Below are positions 1 to 9,715 of a stretch of 64,000 bases of DNA, piece by piece; position 1 is the stretch's first letter, and each line of letters begins with the position of its first letter. The stretch is from an uncultured Kiritimatiellaceae bacterium (GTDB taxonomy: Bacteria; Verrucomicrobiota; Kiritimatiellia; Kiritimatiellales; Pontiellaceae). The position numbers and the translations under genes are program-made. The notes beneath the pieces were generated by a model. That model was not told the origin of the DNA, did not search any database, and saw nothing but the letters and a program-made list of their open reading frames with translations. The DNA lies in contig CAXGYR010000001.1 of the NCBI GenBank assembly GCA_964014015.1, positions 1,260 through 65,259 of the forward strand, written 5' to 3'.

Positions 1-293
1 TGTTGATGAAGGCTGACAGAACGCCAGCCACGCCGTGCGCGATCGATCATTAAATTGTGGGCTATTCGGAAAAGCCAGCTCAGAAAATTGCCGCTGTGGA
101 AACGGTGAATATTTTTAATCGCTCTAAACCAAACTTCCTGAAAAACCTCATCGGCGTCTTCGCGGCCTTCGCTCATCTTGAGAATAAAGGAGAAGAGCGG
201 ACGTTTATACTTCTCAACGAGTGGTTCGAGAGCATTGGCATCGCCTTTTTTGTAGGCTTTGATGGCATCTTGATCCTCTTCCTTCATATGCAT
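1..293 (-). CDS. ECF-type RNA polymerase sigma-70 factor (N-terminal part; runs off window edge)
   Basis: Manual translation MHMKEEDQDAIKAYKKGDANALEPLVEKYKRPLFSFILKMSEGREDADEVFQEVWFRAIKNIHRFHSGNFLSWLFRIAHNLMIDRARR matches sigma region 2 (DADEVFQE, F.SWLFRIA.N..ID); GGAGGAG RBS upstream; not in ORF track. Confidence 0.88.
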   Translation of the reverse strand, partial: MHMKEEDQDAIKAYKKGDANALEPLVEKYKRPLFSFILKMSEGREDADEVFQEVWFRAIKNIHRFHSGNFLSWLFRIAHNLMIDRARRGWRSVSLHQ

Positions 294-313
294 CTAACGG
301 AAGGCTCCTCCAG

Positions 314-901
314 TTATTGCTCAAAATAGGAATAAATTTTGCCAGAAACAGGATCGCTCTCCAGTTGTATCTTTCTTTCTGCGCGATCGGCGAGCGTTAG
401 CTCAAAACCATCGCACTGACCGTTGGGATAGAAGTGGATCAGGTAAATAACTTCATCCGATCCGAACGATTCCATTTCAGTTTCAAAACGCTGCACTTCA
501 ATGCCATCTGGAAAGTTACGACTGATCTCTTTTTCAATGCCTGGATCTTCAGCAGATGATTCACCATCAATATAGCCAAGTCGCTTAAGCACATCTTGAT
601 CGAGTTCGCCGTCGCTCGCGTCGGCTGTCGCCTGTTTCTCCGCACCGAGATAGATGAGCTTCCGTTCGGTGTCGATCACCATGGTAAGCGGTTCTTCTCG
701 CAGAATCGACATACCTCTTCCGTAACGTCCAATCCGTTCGATATTACTAGCAGCAGTCCGTAGTTTTGCCCCACGATACGAACCGGACAGGTTGGGTAGG
801 GCAATGCCACCAATTACGACAATGACCACCGCAACAAGGATGATTTCAATAAGCGTGAAACCCGCTTTAGCTTGATTTCGACCAGCGGTACGAGGTCGCA
901 T
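314..901 (-). CDS. Type II secretion minor pseudopilin (GspH/FimT-like)
   Basis: Prepilin cleavage site AKAG|FTLIE followed by hydrophobic helix; C-terminal IHFYPNG motif. Confidence 0.8.
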   Translation of the reverse strand: MRPRTAGRNQAKAGFTLIEIILVAVVIVVIGGIALPNLSGSYRGAKLRTAASNIERIGRYGRGMSILREEPLTMVIDTERKLIYLGAEKQATADASDGELDQDVLKRLGYIDGESSAEDPGIEKEISRNFPDGIEVQRFETEMESFGSDEVIYLIHFYPNGQCDGFELTLADRAERKIQLESDPVSGKIYSYFEQ

Positions 902-903
902 GA

Positions 904-1296
904 TTACTCCCAGTTATTAATAGAAACCCCTTTAGGTGAGGTGCAGGAGAGATCAAACATATGCGTGTTATTAGCACCTGGAGCGGCATATGTATAAGGT
1001 TTGTCCCAAGGATCTGTGGGAATAGTTTTCTTGCCTAGAAAAGGTCCTCCTTTTGATTCGTCCAGAAGCCCCTCAAGGCTGGTGGGATAATCGCCATTAA
1101 TAATCTCATATTCGATAATAGCTGTGCTTAACATATTGATGTTTCCCTGAGCTTGAGCAATTTTTGCTTTGTCAGATTTACCACCAAGCTTTGGAATTCC
1201 AATGCCGGCCAGAATGCCGATAATGACAACCACTAGGATAATTTCAATCAAGGTGAAGCCGGCTTTTGATTTTTTATGCTGCTTTTTATTCTTCAT
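904..1296 (-). CDS. gspG: Type II secretion major pseudopilin GspG
   Basis: SKAG|FTLIE, DPW..PY.Y..PG motif, C-terminal I.NW. Confidence 0.88.
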   Translation of the reverse strand: MKNKKQHKKSKAGFTLIEIILVVVIIGILAGIGIPKLGGKSDKAKIAQAQGNINMLSTAIIEYEIINGDYPTSLEGLLDESKGGPFLGKKTIPTDPWDKPYTYAAPGANNTHMFDLSCTSPKGVSINNWE

Positions 1297-1312
1297 GATT
1301 TTTCCTTTATTT

Positions 1313-2560
1313 TTACGCGTGAAGTGAATCGGTTAGAGTTAGTACCGGCAAGAGCAGGCAAACGGCAATGCCGCCGACAACCAACGCAACTAACACAATT
1401 AAAAGCGGTTCGAGAACCGTCGTACAGGTTTTAACGAGGCGGTCGAGTTCGGTGTCGTAACGGCGCGTAATATGAGAGAGTGCGCCGGGCATATCACCCG
1501 TCTCTTCACCGACGGCCAGCATATCAATTAGCAAACCAGGAAAAATTTTTCCTTTTGAGAGGGGCTTGGAGATGCTTGCACCGTCCGTTACTTTCGTTCG
1601 GGTTTCACCGATTTCGGCTGCAATAACCACATTATCGATGGTTTTTTGCACAATCCCAAGCGCGGGCAGAACCGACACGCCATTTTGAAGAAGCGTGCCA
1701 AAGGTACGGGCAAAATGAGCAAAGGCGTTTGTCCGTACGACCGCGCCAAGAATCGGAATCTTCAGTTGATAGCGGTGCCAGATCATTTTGCCCTGATCGG
1801 TCGCGAGCCATTTTTTGATAAGAACAATCAGTCCGGCGATAACGGCAACCAATACGAGACCATATTGAATTAAAAACTGGCTGGCGTTCATCAATGCCAG
1901 CGTGGGACGGGGAAGCGTGGCACCCATATCTTCAAACGTCCCCGCAAACTTGGGTACGATACCTACCATCAAACCGATTACAGCCAGCCCACCGATGATA
2001 AGTACGATACTCGGATAGACCAGTGCCGCAACCACTTTGCTACGTGCCTCTTGTACCCGTTCGTAGTGCACACAGACATTTTCAAGCGCAAGTGGCAGAT
2101 GACCACTGGCTTCTCCTGCACGAACAAGATTGATGTATAAGGTGGAAAATGTTTCGGGATATAATTCTAAGGCATCGGAAAGCGCTGTTCCCTGCACAAT
2201 TTCATCACGCAGCGTGATAATGATCTGTTGGACACTACCGGTATCTTTACGATTGGAGAGTGTGTGGAGAGCCCGCCCGATCGTCATGCCGGATGCAACG
2301 AGATCCGAGAGTTCCCGTGAGAACAGGAGTAACTCCTGTAGTTTCATCTTGGGCTTGCGCTGAAAACCAAGTTCAAAATTAAATCGTTTGCTTTTATCTT
2401 CTCCGGCTTGCTGAACCGTTTTGGTTGTCTCTTGAAGAGCGACGGGCAGATACCCTAATGCTTGAACCGCACGGGCAGCACTTGACTGATCATTGGCCTC
2501 CACAACACCTTCAACCGCTTCGCCGTCTCTTTTTTTTGCTTTATATGAATAGTGTGCCAT
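1313..2560 (-). CDS. gspF: Type II secretion/type IV pilus inner-membrane platform protein GspF/PilC
   Basis: AGEASG and VGEETG repeats, AALVYP, LEPLLIV; 415 aa. Confidence 0.9.
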   Translation of the reverse strand: MAHYSYKAKKRDGEAVEGVVEANDQSSAARAVQALGYLPVALQETTKTVQQAGEDKSKRFNFELGFQRKPKMKLQELLLFSRELSDLVASGMTIGRALHTLSNRKDTGSVQQIIITLRDEIVQGTALSDALELYPETFSTLYINLVRAGEASGHLPLALENVCVHYERVQEARSKVVAALVYPSIVLIIGGLAVIGLMVGIVPKFAGTFEDMGATLPRPTLALMNASQFLIQYGLVLVAVIAGLIVLIKKWLATDQGKMIWHRYQLKIPILGAVVRTNAFAHFARTFGTLLQNGVSVLPALGIVQKTIDNVVIAAEIGETRTKVTDGASISKPLSKGKIFPGLLIDMLAVGEETGDMPGALSHITRRYDTELDRLVKTCTTVLEPLLIVLVALVVGGIAVCLLLPVLTLTDSLHA

Positions 2561-2644
2561 ACGTTTCTCTAGACGCTTACCTGCGACATTATGTTCATTA
2601 GTTGATTATCGTAAGCAAGAAAAGACCCGATGGAAAGAGTTGAA

Positions 2645-3538
2645 CTACTTTTTTGCTCGTGGATGGAAGTTCTGGTGCATCTGTTGCAATCGCTTCTGAT
2701 CAACATGCGTGTACAGTTGGGTAGTAGAGATATCTGAATGACCTAGCAGTTCCTGAATAACACGTAGTGATCCGCCGTTTTCCAATAGATGCGTCGCGCA
2801 AGAGTGTCGAAGCGTGTGGGGTGATATTTTTTTATCAATCCCTGCTGCTTTCGCCTGATCTTTGATGATTTGCCATATGCGTTGTCGCGTGAGCGGGCGA
2901 CCCTGTTGGGATAAGAACAGATGTGCTTCAAGTTCGTTGCGAATGTAACGCGGGCGATCTTGTAATAAATAATTGTTCACTAACTCCACTGTCTTTCCGG
3001 CAATGGGAACTACGCGCTCTTTGTTGCCTTTGCCCATTGTACGAAGCATCGCATCCTGCAGCGAAAGATCGCCAATTTTTAGTGCGCACATTTCAGATAC
3101 GCGCAAGCCGGTTGCATAGAGCAGTTCTAATATAGTTCGGTTTCTCTGAGCATGTTTACTTTTTTTAATTGAAACGTTTAACAACTGAGTCACTTCAACT
3201 GGCGATAGCGTATCCGGTAGCAGAGACCACAGACGCGGGGATTCCAATGTTTCAGATGGATCCAGATCAATGAGCCGTTCCTGTTGCAAAAACCTAAAAA
3301 ACACACGCAGGCTAACCAGGTGCCGTGAAACCGTTCGAGCGGAACGTCCCGATTCGCGCAATGAGATTAAATGATCGAGAAGGATAGCGTGGGAAAGCTG
3401 ATTAGGCCGATCAATAGAATGCTCTGTTAGATAGAGCAGAAATTGATCAAGATCGTTGCGGTAGGCCTGAAGACTGTTATCACTAAGCCCTCTTTCGAGG
3501 GCTGCGTGTTCGATAAACAAGTCCAGAAAAGCCTGCAT
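2645..3538 (-). CDS. xerD: Tyrosine recombinase XerD
   Basis: ELLYATGLRVSE, GKGNKER, SPHTLRHS.ATHLL, QELLGHSDISTTQLYTHV, C-terminal HPRA. Confidence 0.9.
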   Translation of the reverse strand: MQAFLDLFIEHAALERGLSDNSLQAYRNDLDQFLLYLTEHSIDRPNQLSHAILLDHLISLRESGRSARTVSRHLVSLRVFFRFLQQERLIDLDPSETLESPRLWSLLPDTLSPVEVTQLLNVSIKKSKHAQRNRTILELLYATGLRVSEMCALKIGDLSLQDAMLRTMGKGNKERVVPIAGKTVELVNNYLLQDRPRYIRNELEAHLFLSQQGRPLTRQRIWQIIKDQAKAAGIDKKISPHTLRHSCATHLLENGGSLRVIQELLGHSDISTTQLYTHVDQKRLQQMHQNFHPRAKK

Positions 3539-3553
3539 AATAGGCGCTGCAGA

Positions 3554-4444
3554 TTAAACCGAGAGCTCTTCTCCTGTTAAGAGGGCATATGCTTCCAGAT
3601 ATTTTTCCCGGCTTTTTTCGATGATCTCTGCGGGGAGTGAAGGTCCAGGAGGTGTTTTATCCCAATCCAGTGTTTCGAGATAGTCGCGCACAAACTGTTT
3701 ATCAAACGAAAGTGGCGAGCTACCTGGTGCATAATCAGCTGCAGGCCAGAAGCGTGAGCTATCGGGAGTCAGCACCTCATCAATTAAGATTAGTTCATCG
3801 CCGATCATGCCAAACTCAAATTTCGTATCGGCCATAATAATACCTTTGGTCAGCGCAAAATCGGCAGCCGTCTTGTAGAGGTGTAGACTAATGTCAATCA
3901 GACGTTGACCAAGCTCATCACCCACAATTTCTTTCATTTGGTCTATAGAGATATTTTCATCATGACCTTCATCGGCTTTGGTGGAAGGAGTAAAGATAGG
4001 CTCGTCAATTTTTCCTGCCATTTCATAACCTGCGCGTAGCGGCATACCGCCAATCGTTCCTGATTTCTGATACTCTTTCCATCCTGAGCCGATCAGGTAT
4101 CCGCGTACGATACATTCAACTGGTAACAGCTCAGCTTTTCGCACTAGCATTGAGCGTCCTTTCAGTACTTCGCGATGAGGTTGAAGCACCGCAGGAAAAT
4201 CATCAACATCGGTCGAAATCATGTGGTTCTTAACGACATCTTCGGTACGCTCAAACCAAAATTTAGAGATCATATTGAGAACCTGACCTTTATTGGGAAT
4301 GCCGTCTGGCATGATAACATCAAAGGCTGAGATGCGATCCGATGCAATGAAAAGGTATTGATCACCTAAATCATATACCTCTCGTACCTTGCCGCTTTTA
4401 AATTTTTCAATCCCGGGTAGTTCAATTTTTGTTACTGCTTCCAT
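3554..4444 (-). CDS. purC: SAICAR synthetase
   Basis: SGKVRE, SDRISAFD, ADTKFEFG, DEVLTPDSSRFW, DKQFVRDYL. Confidence 0.97.
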   Translation of the reverse strand: MEAVTKIELPGIEKFKSGKVREVYDLGDQYLFIASDRISAFDVIMPDGIPNKGQVLNMISKFWFERTEDVVKNHMISTDVDDFPAVLQPHREVLKGRSMLVRKAELLPVECIVRGYLIGSGWKEYQKSGTIGGMPLRAGYEMAGKIDEPIFTPSTKADEGHDENISIDQMKEIVGDELGQRLIDISLHLYKTAADFALTKGIIMADTKFEFGMIGDELILIDEVLTPDSSRFWPAADYAPGSSPLSFDKQFVRDYLETLDWDKTPPGPSLPAEIIEKSREKYLEAYALLTGEELSV

Positions 4445-4523
4445 TTTAACTCCTGTACTTAATCTTTATTGTATTAAAAATATAAATGGTCTGTAAAACC
4501 GTTCAATCATTTCTGTAAACGAA

Positions 4524-6761
4524 CTATCTTTTTCTACGTCTCCGACCCTTTTTCGTTGGGGATTTTGCTTTTCCAGAACGAAGATCGGGTTCAATGCGTG
4601 GTTTGCGACCATGCCGAGTTCTTTTCTGTGGTTCGCCTGGAATCATGAAGTCAAGCAGTGCTCGTTCAGTATCTACCTTTGCGATCATTACTTCTAGGGG
4701 ATCGCCAAGTCTGTATCGTGTCGTGCCCTCGCGGTTGGCTACCTCAGTAAGTGTGTCATCTGCTTCTAGCCATTCGCTCCTTATGGAGGCAAATGCCACC
4801 ATACCTCGCTGAAGCGAGTCGGGTAATTCGATGACCATGCCCCGCTTTTTAATGCCCACAATAAAACCGTTGAACGTACTGTTTTTTCCGGCTTTTAAGA
4901 GTCCGTTATAATAATCGAGCCGTTTTTTTTCGGTTGATTTTTTCTCGAGTTCATCTGCTTTTTTCTCCGTTTCAGTGCAGTGAGCCGCTATCTCCTCAAT
5001 GTTCTCTTTCGAGAGTTTAGGTGGACTGTTTTTTTCGATCGATTTAAGCAGGCGATGGACCACCAGGTCCGGATACCGTCGAATGGGGGATGTAAAGTGG
5101 GTATAATCTTCAAATGCTAAACCAAAGTGACCAACCTGACGGGCGGCATACTCCGCGCGTTTAAAGTTCCGCAGAATGGCGAGCAGTGCTGTGTATTCGG
5201 TCGGTGTTCCCTCAGCCAAAGCAAACGCCTCATTTAGTTCTTTCCGCGAACGAGGCAGAACCGGAATGCCGAGTGCATTTAATTCCATCGCCATCTTGTT
5301 CCACTGCTCTTCGTCGGGTTCTTCATGGATACGGTAGAGAGCTGGGCGATCGGCCTCCATTAATTTTTCGGCTACCGCTCGGTTCGCTAGCAACATACAG
5401 TCCTCAATAAGTTGATAGGCCTCTTTGGCAGCAGATCGAGGTATCATGGATTCTACTTCACCGCGCTCGTTTAGCTTGATCTCTACATCGGGCGTGTTGA
5501 TTTCTAAAGAACCCTGTTGAATGCGGTTTCTTCGTACTTTTCGAATGAGTGGATAGAGGTTGTTAAGCCGCTCCTGAATAAATGTTGGAATCTGATGCCC
5601 TTCTTCTCCATCGATGTGTTTCTGCACCTGCTTATACGTCATCCGACACTGAGAATGAATAACAGCGGGGAATGTTTCATAGCCCAGCCGCTCTCCGTTA
5701 TCACTGAGGTGAATGTAAGCCGAGTGAGTAAGATGATCTTCGTTTGGATTTAGGCTGCATATCTGAGTGGTCAGCTCTGTGGGTAACATCATTACAACAC
5801 GATCTACTAAATAAATACTGTTACCGCGTTTATAGCCCTCAGTATCGAGTGCAGAGCCGGGCTTTACATAAGCCGACACATCAGCAATATGTACGCCCAG
5901 TTGCCAACCGCCATCGGGGTGGGGCTCAAGAGAGATAGCATCGTCAAAGTCTCTGGCAGTGTCTGGATCAATAGTAAAGATTACCTCTTTACGCAAATCT
6001 CGCCTGCCTTCCATCATGCTGAGGGGAATCTCTTTGGGTATAGCTTCGGCTTCAGCGATCACCCGATCCGGAAACGCTTCTTCAATACCCGCGCCACGTA
6101 ACATTGAGTCCACATCCACGCCCGGCGCACTGGCTTCTCCTAAATCATCTACTATAATACCTGTAATAGCTTGGTAGGGGTCTGTCCAGGGATCCAATCG
6201 CACCAAGACCTTGTGGTTTTTCTCAATATGTTCACAATCAGAGACACGAACAGAGTGGGGAAAGTTGGGATCATCCGCGGTGACAAAATAATGATAACGA
6301 GCTTTTTTAAGCGTGCCCACCATTTCAAGCATTCGCCTTTCAATGACGCCTGTGACACGACCTTCACTCCGTCGGCCATTAGCTTTAGAAGAGTCGCTTC
6401 GCTCCCCGTACGCGGAGTGATAGCGCTCGACCTCAACGATGTCATTTGGAAAAGCTAAACCTAGATTGCGCGCACCAACAAAAACTTCTTCAACATCTGG
6501 ATCATCAGAAATGATGACGGCACCACCTTTAGGAAGCATTTTAACAACTCCAGTCATGCGATTTTCTCTGTTTGGCAGTGACCAGCGATTTTTACGAAGT
6601 CGCACAATCGTTCCTCGATCCTCCAGTTCATACAGTTGATGGCGCATAGACCTGCGTTTTTCTTTATCCTCAATACCTAATGCCTGTGCCAATTCATGTT
6701 GTTTCATCGGCAGATAGTCAGGTTGTTTCATAAAATCAATGATTTGGTTGTCGATGCTCAT
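4524..6761 (-). CDS. rnr: Ribonuclease R
   Basis: TIDPDTARDFDDA, HFTSPIRRYPDL, N-terminal HTH, S1 domain, basic C-terminal tail. Confidence 0.95.
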   Translation of the reverse strand: MSIDNQIIDFMKQPDYLPMKQHELAQALGIEDKEKRRSMRHQLYELEDRGTIVRLRKNRWSLPNRENRMTGVVKMLPKGGAVIISDDPDVEEVFVGARNLGLAFPNDIVEVERYHSAYGERSDSSKANGRRSEGRVTGVIERRMLEMVGTLKKARYHYFVTADDPNFPHSVRVSDCEHIEKNHKVLVRLDPWTDPYQAITGIIVDDLGEASAPGVDVDSMLRGAGIEEAFPDRVIAEAEAIPKEIPLSMMEGRRDLRKEVIFTIDPDTARDFDDAISLEPHPDGGWQLGVHIADVSAYVKPGSALDTEGYKRGNSIYLVDRVVMMLPTELTTQICSLNPNEDHLTHSAYIHLSDNGERLGYETFPAVIHSQCRMTYKQVQKHIDGEEGHQIPTFIQERLNNLYPLIRKVRRNRIQQGSLEINTPDVEIKLNERGEVESMIPRSAAKEAYQLIEDCMLLANRAVAEKLMEADRPALYRIHEEPDEEQWNKMAMELNALGIPVLPRSRKELNEAFALAEGTPTEYTALLAILRNFKRAEYAARQVGHFGLAFEDYTHFTSPIRRYPDLVVHRLLKSIEKNSPPKLSKENIEEIAAHCTETEKKADELEKKSTEKKRLDYYNGLLKAGKNSTFNGFIVGIKKRGMVIELPDSLQRGMVAFASIRSEWLEADDTLTEVANREGTTRYRLGDPLEVMIAKVDTERALLDFMIPGEPQKRTRHGRKPRIEPDLRSGKAKSPTKKGRRRRKR

Positions 6762-6786
6762 AATAAATTTCGGTATCGCTTATCTT

Positions 6787-8232
6787 GTGAAGGTTTTATT
6801 TGCTAGTGCTGAGATTGTACCATTTGCCTCAACAGGGGGTCTAGGAGATGTTTGTGCGGCTTTGCCGAAAGCTCTTGCAAAGAAAGGTATTTCCGTATTT
6901 CGGATTATGCCTCTATATCGATCCATTGACCGTGGCCGCTATCGACTAAAACTTGTTGATACAGTACTGGATATTCCACTCGGAAGCTCTTGTTTTCAGG
7001 CTCGAGTTTTTGAGCAGACGTTTGAAAATGTAACCACCTACTTTATTCATTGCCCGGAATTTTTTGATCGGGATGGTCTCTATGGTGATGACTTTCAGGC
7101 ATTTAATGATAATTATGAGCGATTTTTATTTTTTCAAAAAGCAGTTGTTGCCGTACTTGATCAATTCAGCATGAAAGTCGATGTCGTTCATTGTAATGAT
7201 TGGCATACCGGATTGATTCCATTTTTTTTACGCTATGGAATTAACGGCCTGCCAAGATTTGGAAAAGAGAAGACTGTTTTCACCATACATAACTTGGCTC
7301 ATCAGGGGTGGGCACATGCTGAAAAATTTTATCTCACGCAGCTGCCCACATCGCTATATCACTGGAAAGCGTTGGAATTTTATGGTGAGTTAAATTGTTT
7401 AAAAGGCGGATTAGTTGCATCCGATGCAGTCACAACGGTGAGTCCAAGCTATGCCAAGGAAATTCTCACACCCGAGCTAGGCAACCAACTAGATGGCGTT
7501 CTGCTAGAACGAGTAGGATCGCTTTTTGGCATTCTCAATGGTGTGGATTACTCGCGATGGAACCCCAAAACGGATCCGCATCTAGCAGCGTCCTATTCAT
7601 ACGATGATCTAAATGGAAAATCGATTTGTAAAAAGGTTATTCAGCAGCAATTTGGATTACCTGAGGAACCAAAAAAACCATTATTTGGCATGATTTCGCG
7701 GCTGACACATCAAAAAGGGCTCGACCTGCTTAATTCATGTATCGAATCACTCATGGAGTTGGATGCTCAATGGATCTTTCTAGGAACCGGTGAAAGCGAA
7801 TATGAGAACATGGCAGCTTCTTGGGCGAAACACTGGCCTGATCGGGTAGCCACATCAATCGCTTATTCTAGTGAGCAGGCACATCAAATATTTGCTGGTG
7901 CAGATTTTTTTCTGATGCCCTCTATTTTTGAACCGTGCGGGCAGAGTCAAATTTATAGTATGCAGTATGGTACGGTTCCGATTGGGCATAAGGTAGGAGG
8001 GTTGGCGGATACGATACGTCCGTATCCTAAAAAGAACAGCAGTGGTTTTCTTTTTTCACCCTTCACAACTGAAGCCTTCTGCAATACCTTATCAGATGCA
8101 ATAGAGGTCTATCATCAGCCCCGAAGGTGGACTCCTTTTGTGAAACGAGTGATGCGTGTTGATTTTTCGGTTAGTAAAATGGCTGAAGAATATATCAATG
8201 TATATGAGCGCATCGTGGAAAAAATGGCATAG
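6787..8232 (+). CDS. glgA: Glycogen synthase (start probably GTG 6787 rather than 6739)
   Basis: KVLFASAE..P...TGGLGDV, HCNDWHT, TIHNLAHQG, MPSIFEPCG. Confidence 0.93.
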   Translation: MKVLFASAEIVPFASTGGLGDVCAALPKALAKKGISVFRIMPLYRSIDRGRYRLKLVDTVLDIPLGSSCFQARVFEQTFENVTTYFIHCPEFFDRDGLYGDDFQAFNDNYERFLFFQKAVVAVLDQFSMKVDVVHCNDWHTGLIPFFLRYGINGLPRFGKEKTVFTIHNLAHQGWAHAEKFYLTQLPTSLYHWKALEFYGELNCLKGGLVASDAVTTVSPSYAKEILTPELGNQLDGVLLERVGSLFGILNGVDYSRWNPKTDPHLAASYSYDDLNGKSICKKVIQQQFGLPEEPKKPLFGMISRLTHQKGLDLLNSCIESLMELDAQWIFLGTGESEYENMAASWAKHWPDRVATSIAYSSEQAHQIFAGADFFLMPSIFEPCGQSQIYSMQYGTVPIGHKVGGLADTIRPYPKKNSSGFLFSPFTTEAFCNTLSDAIEVYHQPRRWTPFVKRVMRVDFSVSKMAEEYINVYERIVEKMA

Positions 8233-8638
8233 AACTTTTCGACACCCTTCTCATCTTAAAAAAGGTCGTTGGGGTGAAAGGTCGGCTAGACGATTTCTCA
8301 AGAAAAAAGGATTCACTCTGATTGCACGAAATATGCGTGTGGGGCGGCTAGCTGAAATTGATCTTATAATGATGGATACTGATACACTGGTCTTTATTGA
8401 AGTGAAAACTCGAAAAAATGAGGCCTTTGGAAGACCGTTTGAATCGATTAGTGAAACCCAAAAAAAACGAATTTCATACGCAGCCATTAACTATATTAAA
8501 CGCAAACGGATTAAACCGAGCTACATTCGAATGGACGTGGTGGAAGTGATAGGAGATCGACACCTACTAAAAAAACCAACTGTTCGACACATCCCCAATG
8601 CATGGAAATTGCCTTCGGGGATGCGCCTGTGGTGGTGA
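8204..8638 (+). CDS. yraN: YraN/UPF0102 family putative endonuclease (start uncertain)
   Basis: G..GE..A..FL, EIDLI, LVFIEVKTR, R.DVVEV. Confidence 0.85.
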   Translation: MSASWKKWHRTFRHPSHLKKGRWGERSARRFLKKKGFTLIARNMRVGRLAEIDLIMMDTDTLVFIEVKTRKNEAFGRPFESISETQKKRISYAAINYIKRKRIKPSYIRMDVVEVIGDRHLLKKPTVRHIPNAWKLPSGMRLWW

Positions 8639-8639
8639 A

Positions 8640-9074
8640 CTAGTGCTGGTGAGCTTCACCCAGATAAGCATGCTCAAAAGCGTGGATCAACTCGTTCAAT
8701 GTTTTAACATGCTTCAAATCGGCTTCTTGTTTGGCTTTCATTGATGCAACCAGAATCTCATGCAGTAACCCAAGTTTCTTGGCATAATCAGGCATACTTG
8801 GTTTGATTCGTTGCGTCATAAAATAATAGGTCACAATTTCACTTAGCTGGTCCGCATGCGAATCTTTGCTCATCACCCAACGAATCGCTTGATTTTGATT
8901 AGGCTTTTCAGCTAATTTTTTGATGCTTTTTTCAATTGTCACGACGTGTTCTTCCATCATGTGAATACGCATAAGATCATCGTATATTCCGCATGGAATT
9001 TGGCAATGTGCTTGGCTTGATTGCATAACGATCGAGAGAACAGTACAGATCAGCAGGCTGTAGAATATTTTCAT
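8640..9074 (-). CDS. sodN: Nickel superoxide dismutase with N-terminal signal peptide
   Basis: Nickel-hook HCQIPCGIY directly after a 22-aa hydrophobic leader ending SQA; YYFMTQRIKP and MKAKQ motifs. Confidence 0.9.
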   Translation of the reverse strand: MKIFYSLLICTVLSIVMQSSQAHCQIPCGIYDDLMRIHMMEEHVVTIEKSIKKLAEKPNQNQAIRWVMSKDSHADQLSEIVTYYFMTQRIKPSMPDYAKKLGLLHEILVASMKAKQEADLKHVKTLNELIHAFEHAYLGEAHQH

Positions 9075-9148
9075 TTAATCTCCTTCATGGGGTTAATAGA
9101 TTTTGTCAATTAATTGAAATATAAGTTACTCAATATCATCGCATAAGT

Positions 9149-9715
9149 CTAATAATCCTTGCAGAATTTCAGACGTTCAGCGTCACCGCAAATATAATCT
9201 ACAGTCTGATCCCACACGTCGGTCGGAATATGACTTCGGAGCTGAAAAGGAGCTGAAATACCAATAGAAATACCATTAAACTCTTTTAATATTCTATCAT
9301 AATATCCGCCGCCACGACCTAGACGGTTGCCGTGAAGATCAAAAGCGAGGCCAGGCACTAAAATAAGTTGTATCTCTGCAAGTGAAATAGAGTTTTTTGT
9401 CGGTTCTGGTATGCTAAATTTACCGCGTGAGAAATGATTAAGGTTATCAAACGGTGCAAACTGATAAGCGCTTTGCTCATGTTGATAGATGGGCGCGTAA
9501 AGGCTCTTATTTTCAGATAAGCAGAACTGTATAAAAGCCGAGAGGTCAATTTCATCAGGCTGCGCTATGTAGACGCCAATATGCTGGATAGCATTTTTTT
9601 CTATCCACTTCTTAAGAATCATTCCGATACGCTCAGAAGTATCCCTTTTCGCATCTGAAGATTGCGATGCTATGAGTTGCTTCATCTCTTTTCTGAGCTG
9701 TTTTTTTTCACTCAT
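9149..9715 (-). CDS. ygfA: 5-formyltetrahydrofolate cyclo-ligase (start at MSEKKQLR, overlapping rarA stop)
   Basis: LVPGLAFD..GNRLGRGGGYYDR. Confidence 0.93.
   Translation of the reverse strand: MSEKKQLRKEMKQLIASQSSDAKRDTSERIGMILKKWIEKNAIQHIGVYIAQPDEIDLSAFIQFCLSENKSLYAPIYQHEQSAYQFAPFDNLNHFSRGKFSIPEPTKNSISLAEIQLILVPGLAFDLHGNRLGRGGGYYDRILKEFNGISIGISAPFQLRSHIPTDVWDQTVDYICGDAERLKFCKDY

Noticed and set aside
57-329. 90-aa + strand ORF in the track
   Set aside because: Antisense shadow of the ECF sigma gene on the - strand
2572-2600. TTATGTTCATT downstream of xerD resembling a XerD arm
   Set aside because: No XerC arm at 6-bp spacing; more likely part of the gspF promoter
2645-3538. Tyrosine recombinase as a mobile-element integrase
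   Set aside because: Size and motifs fit housekeeping XerD; it sits behind purC; no att sites or cargo genes
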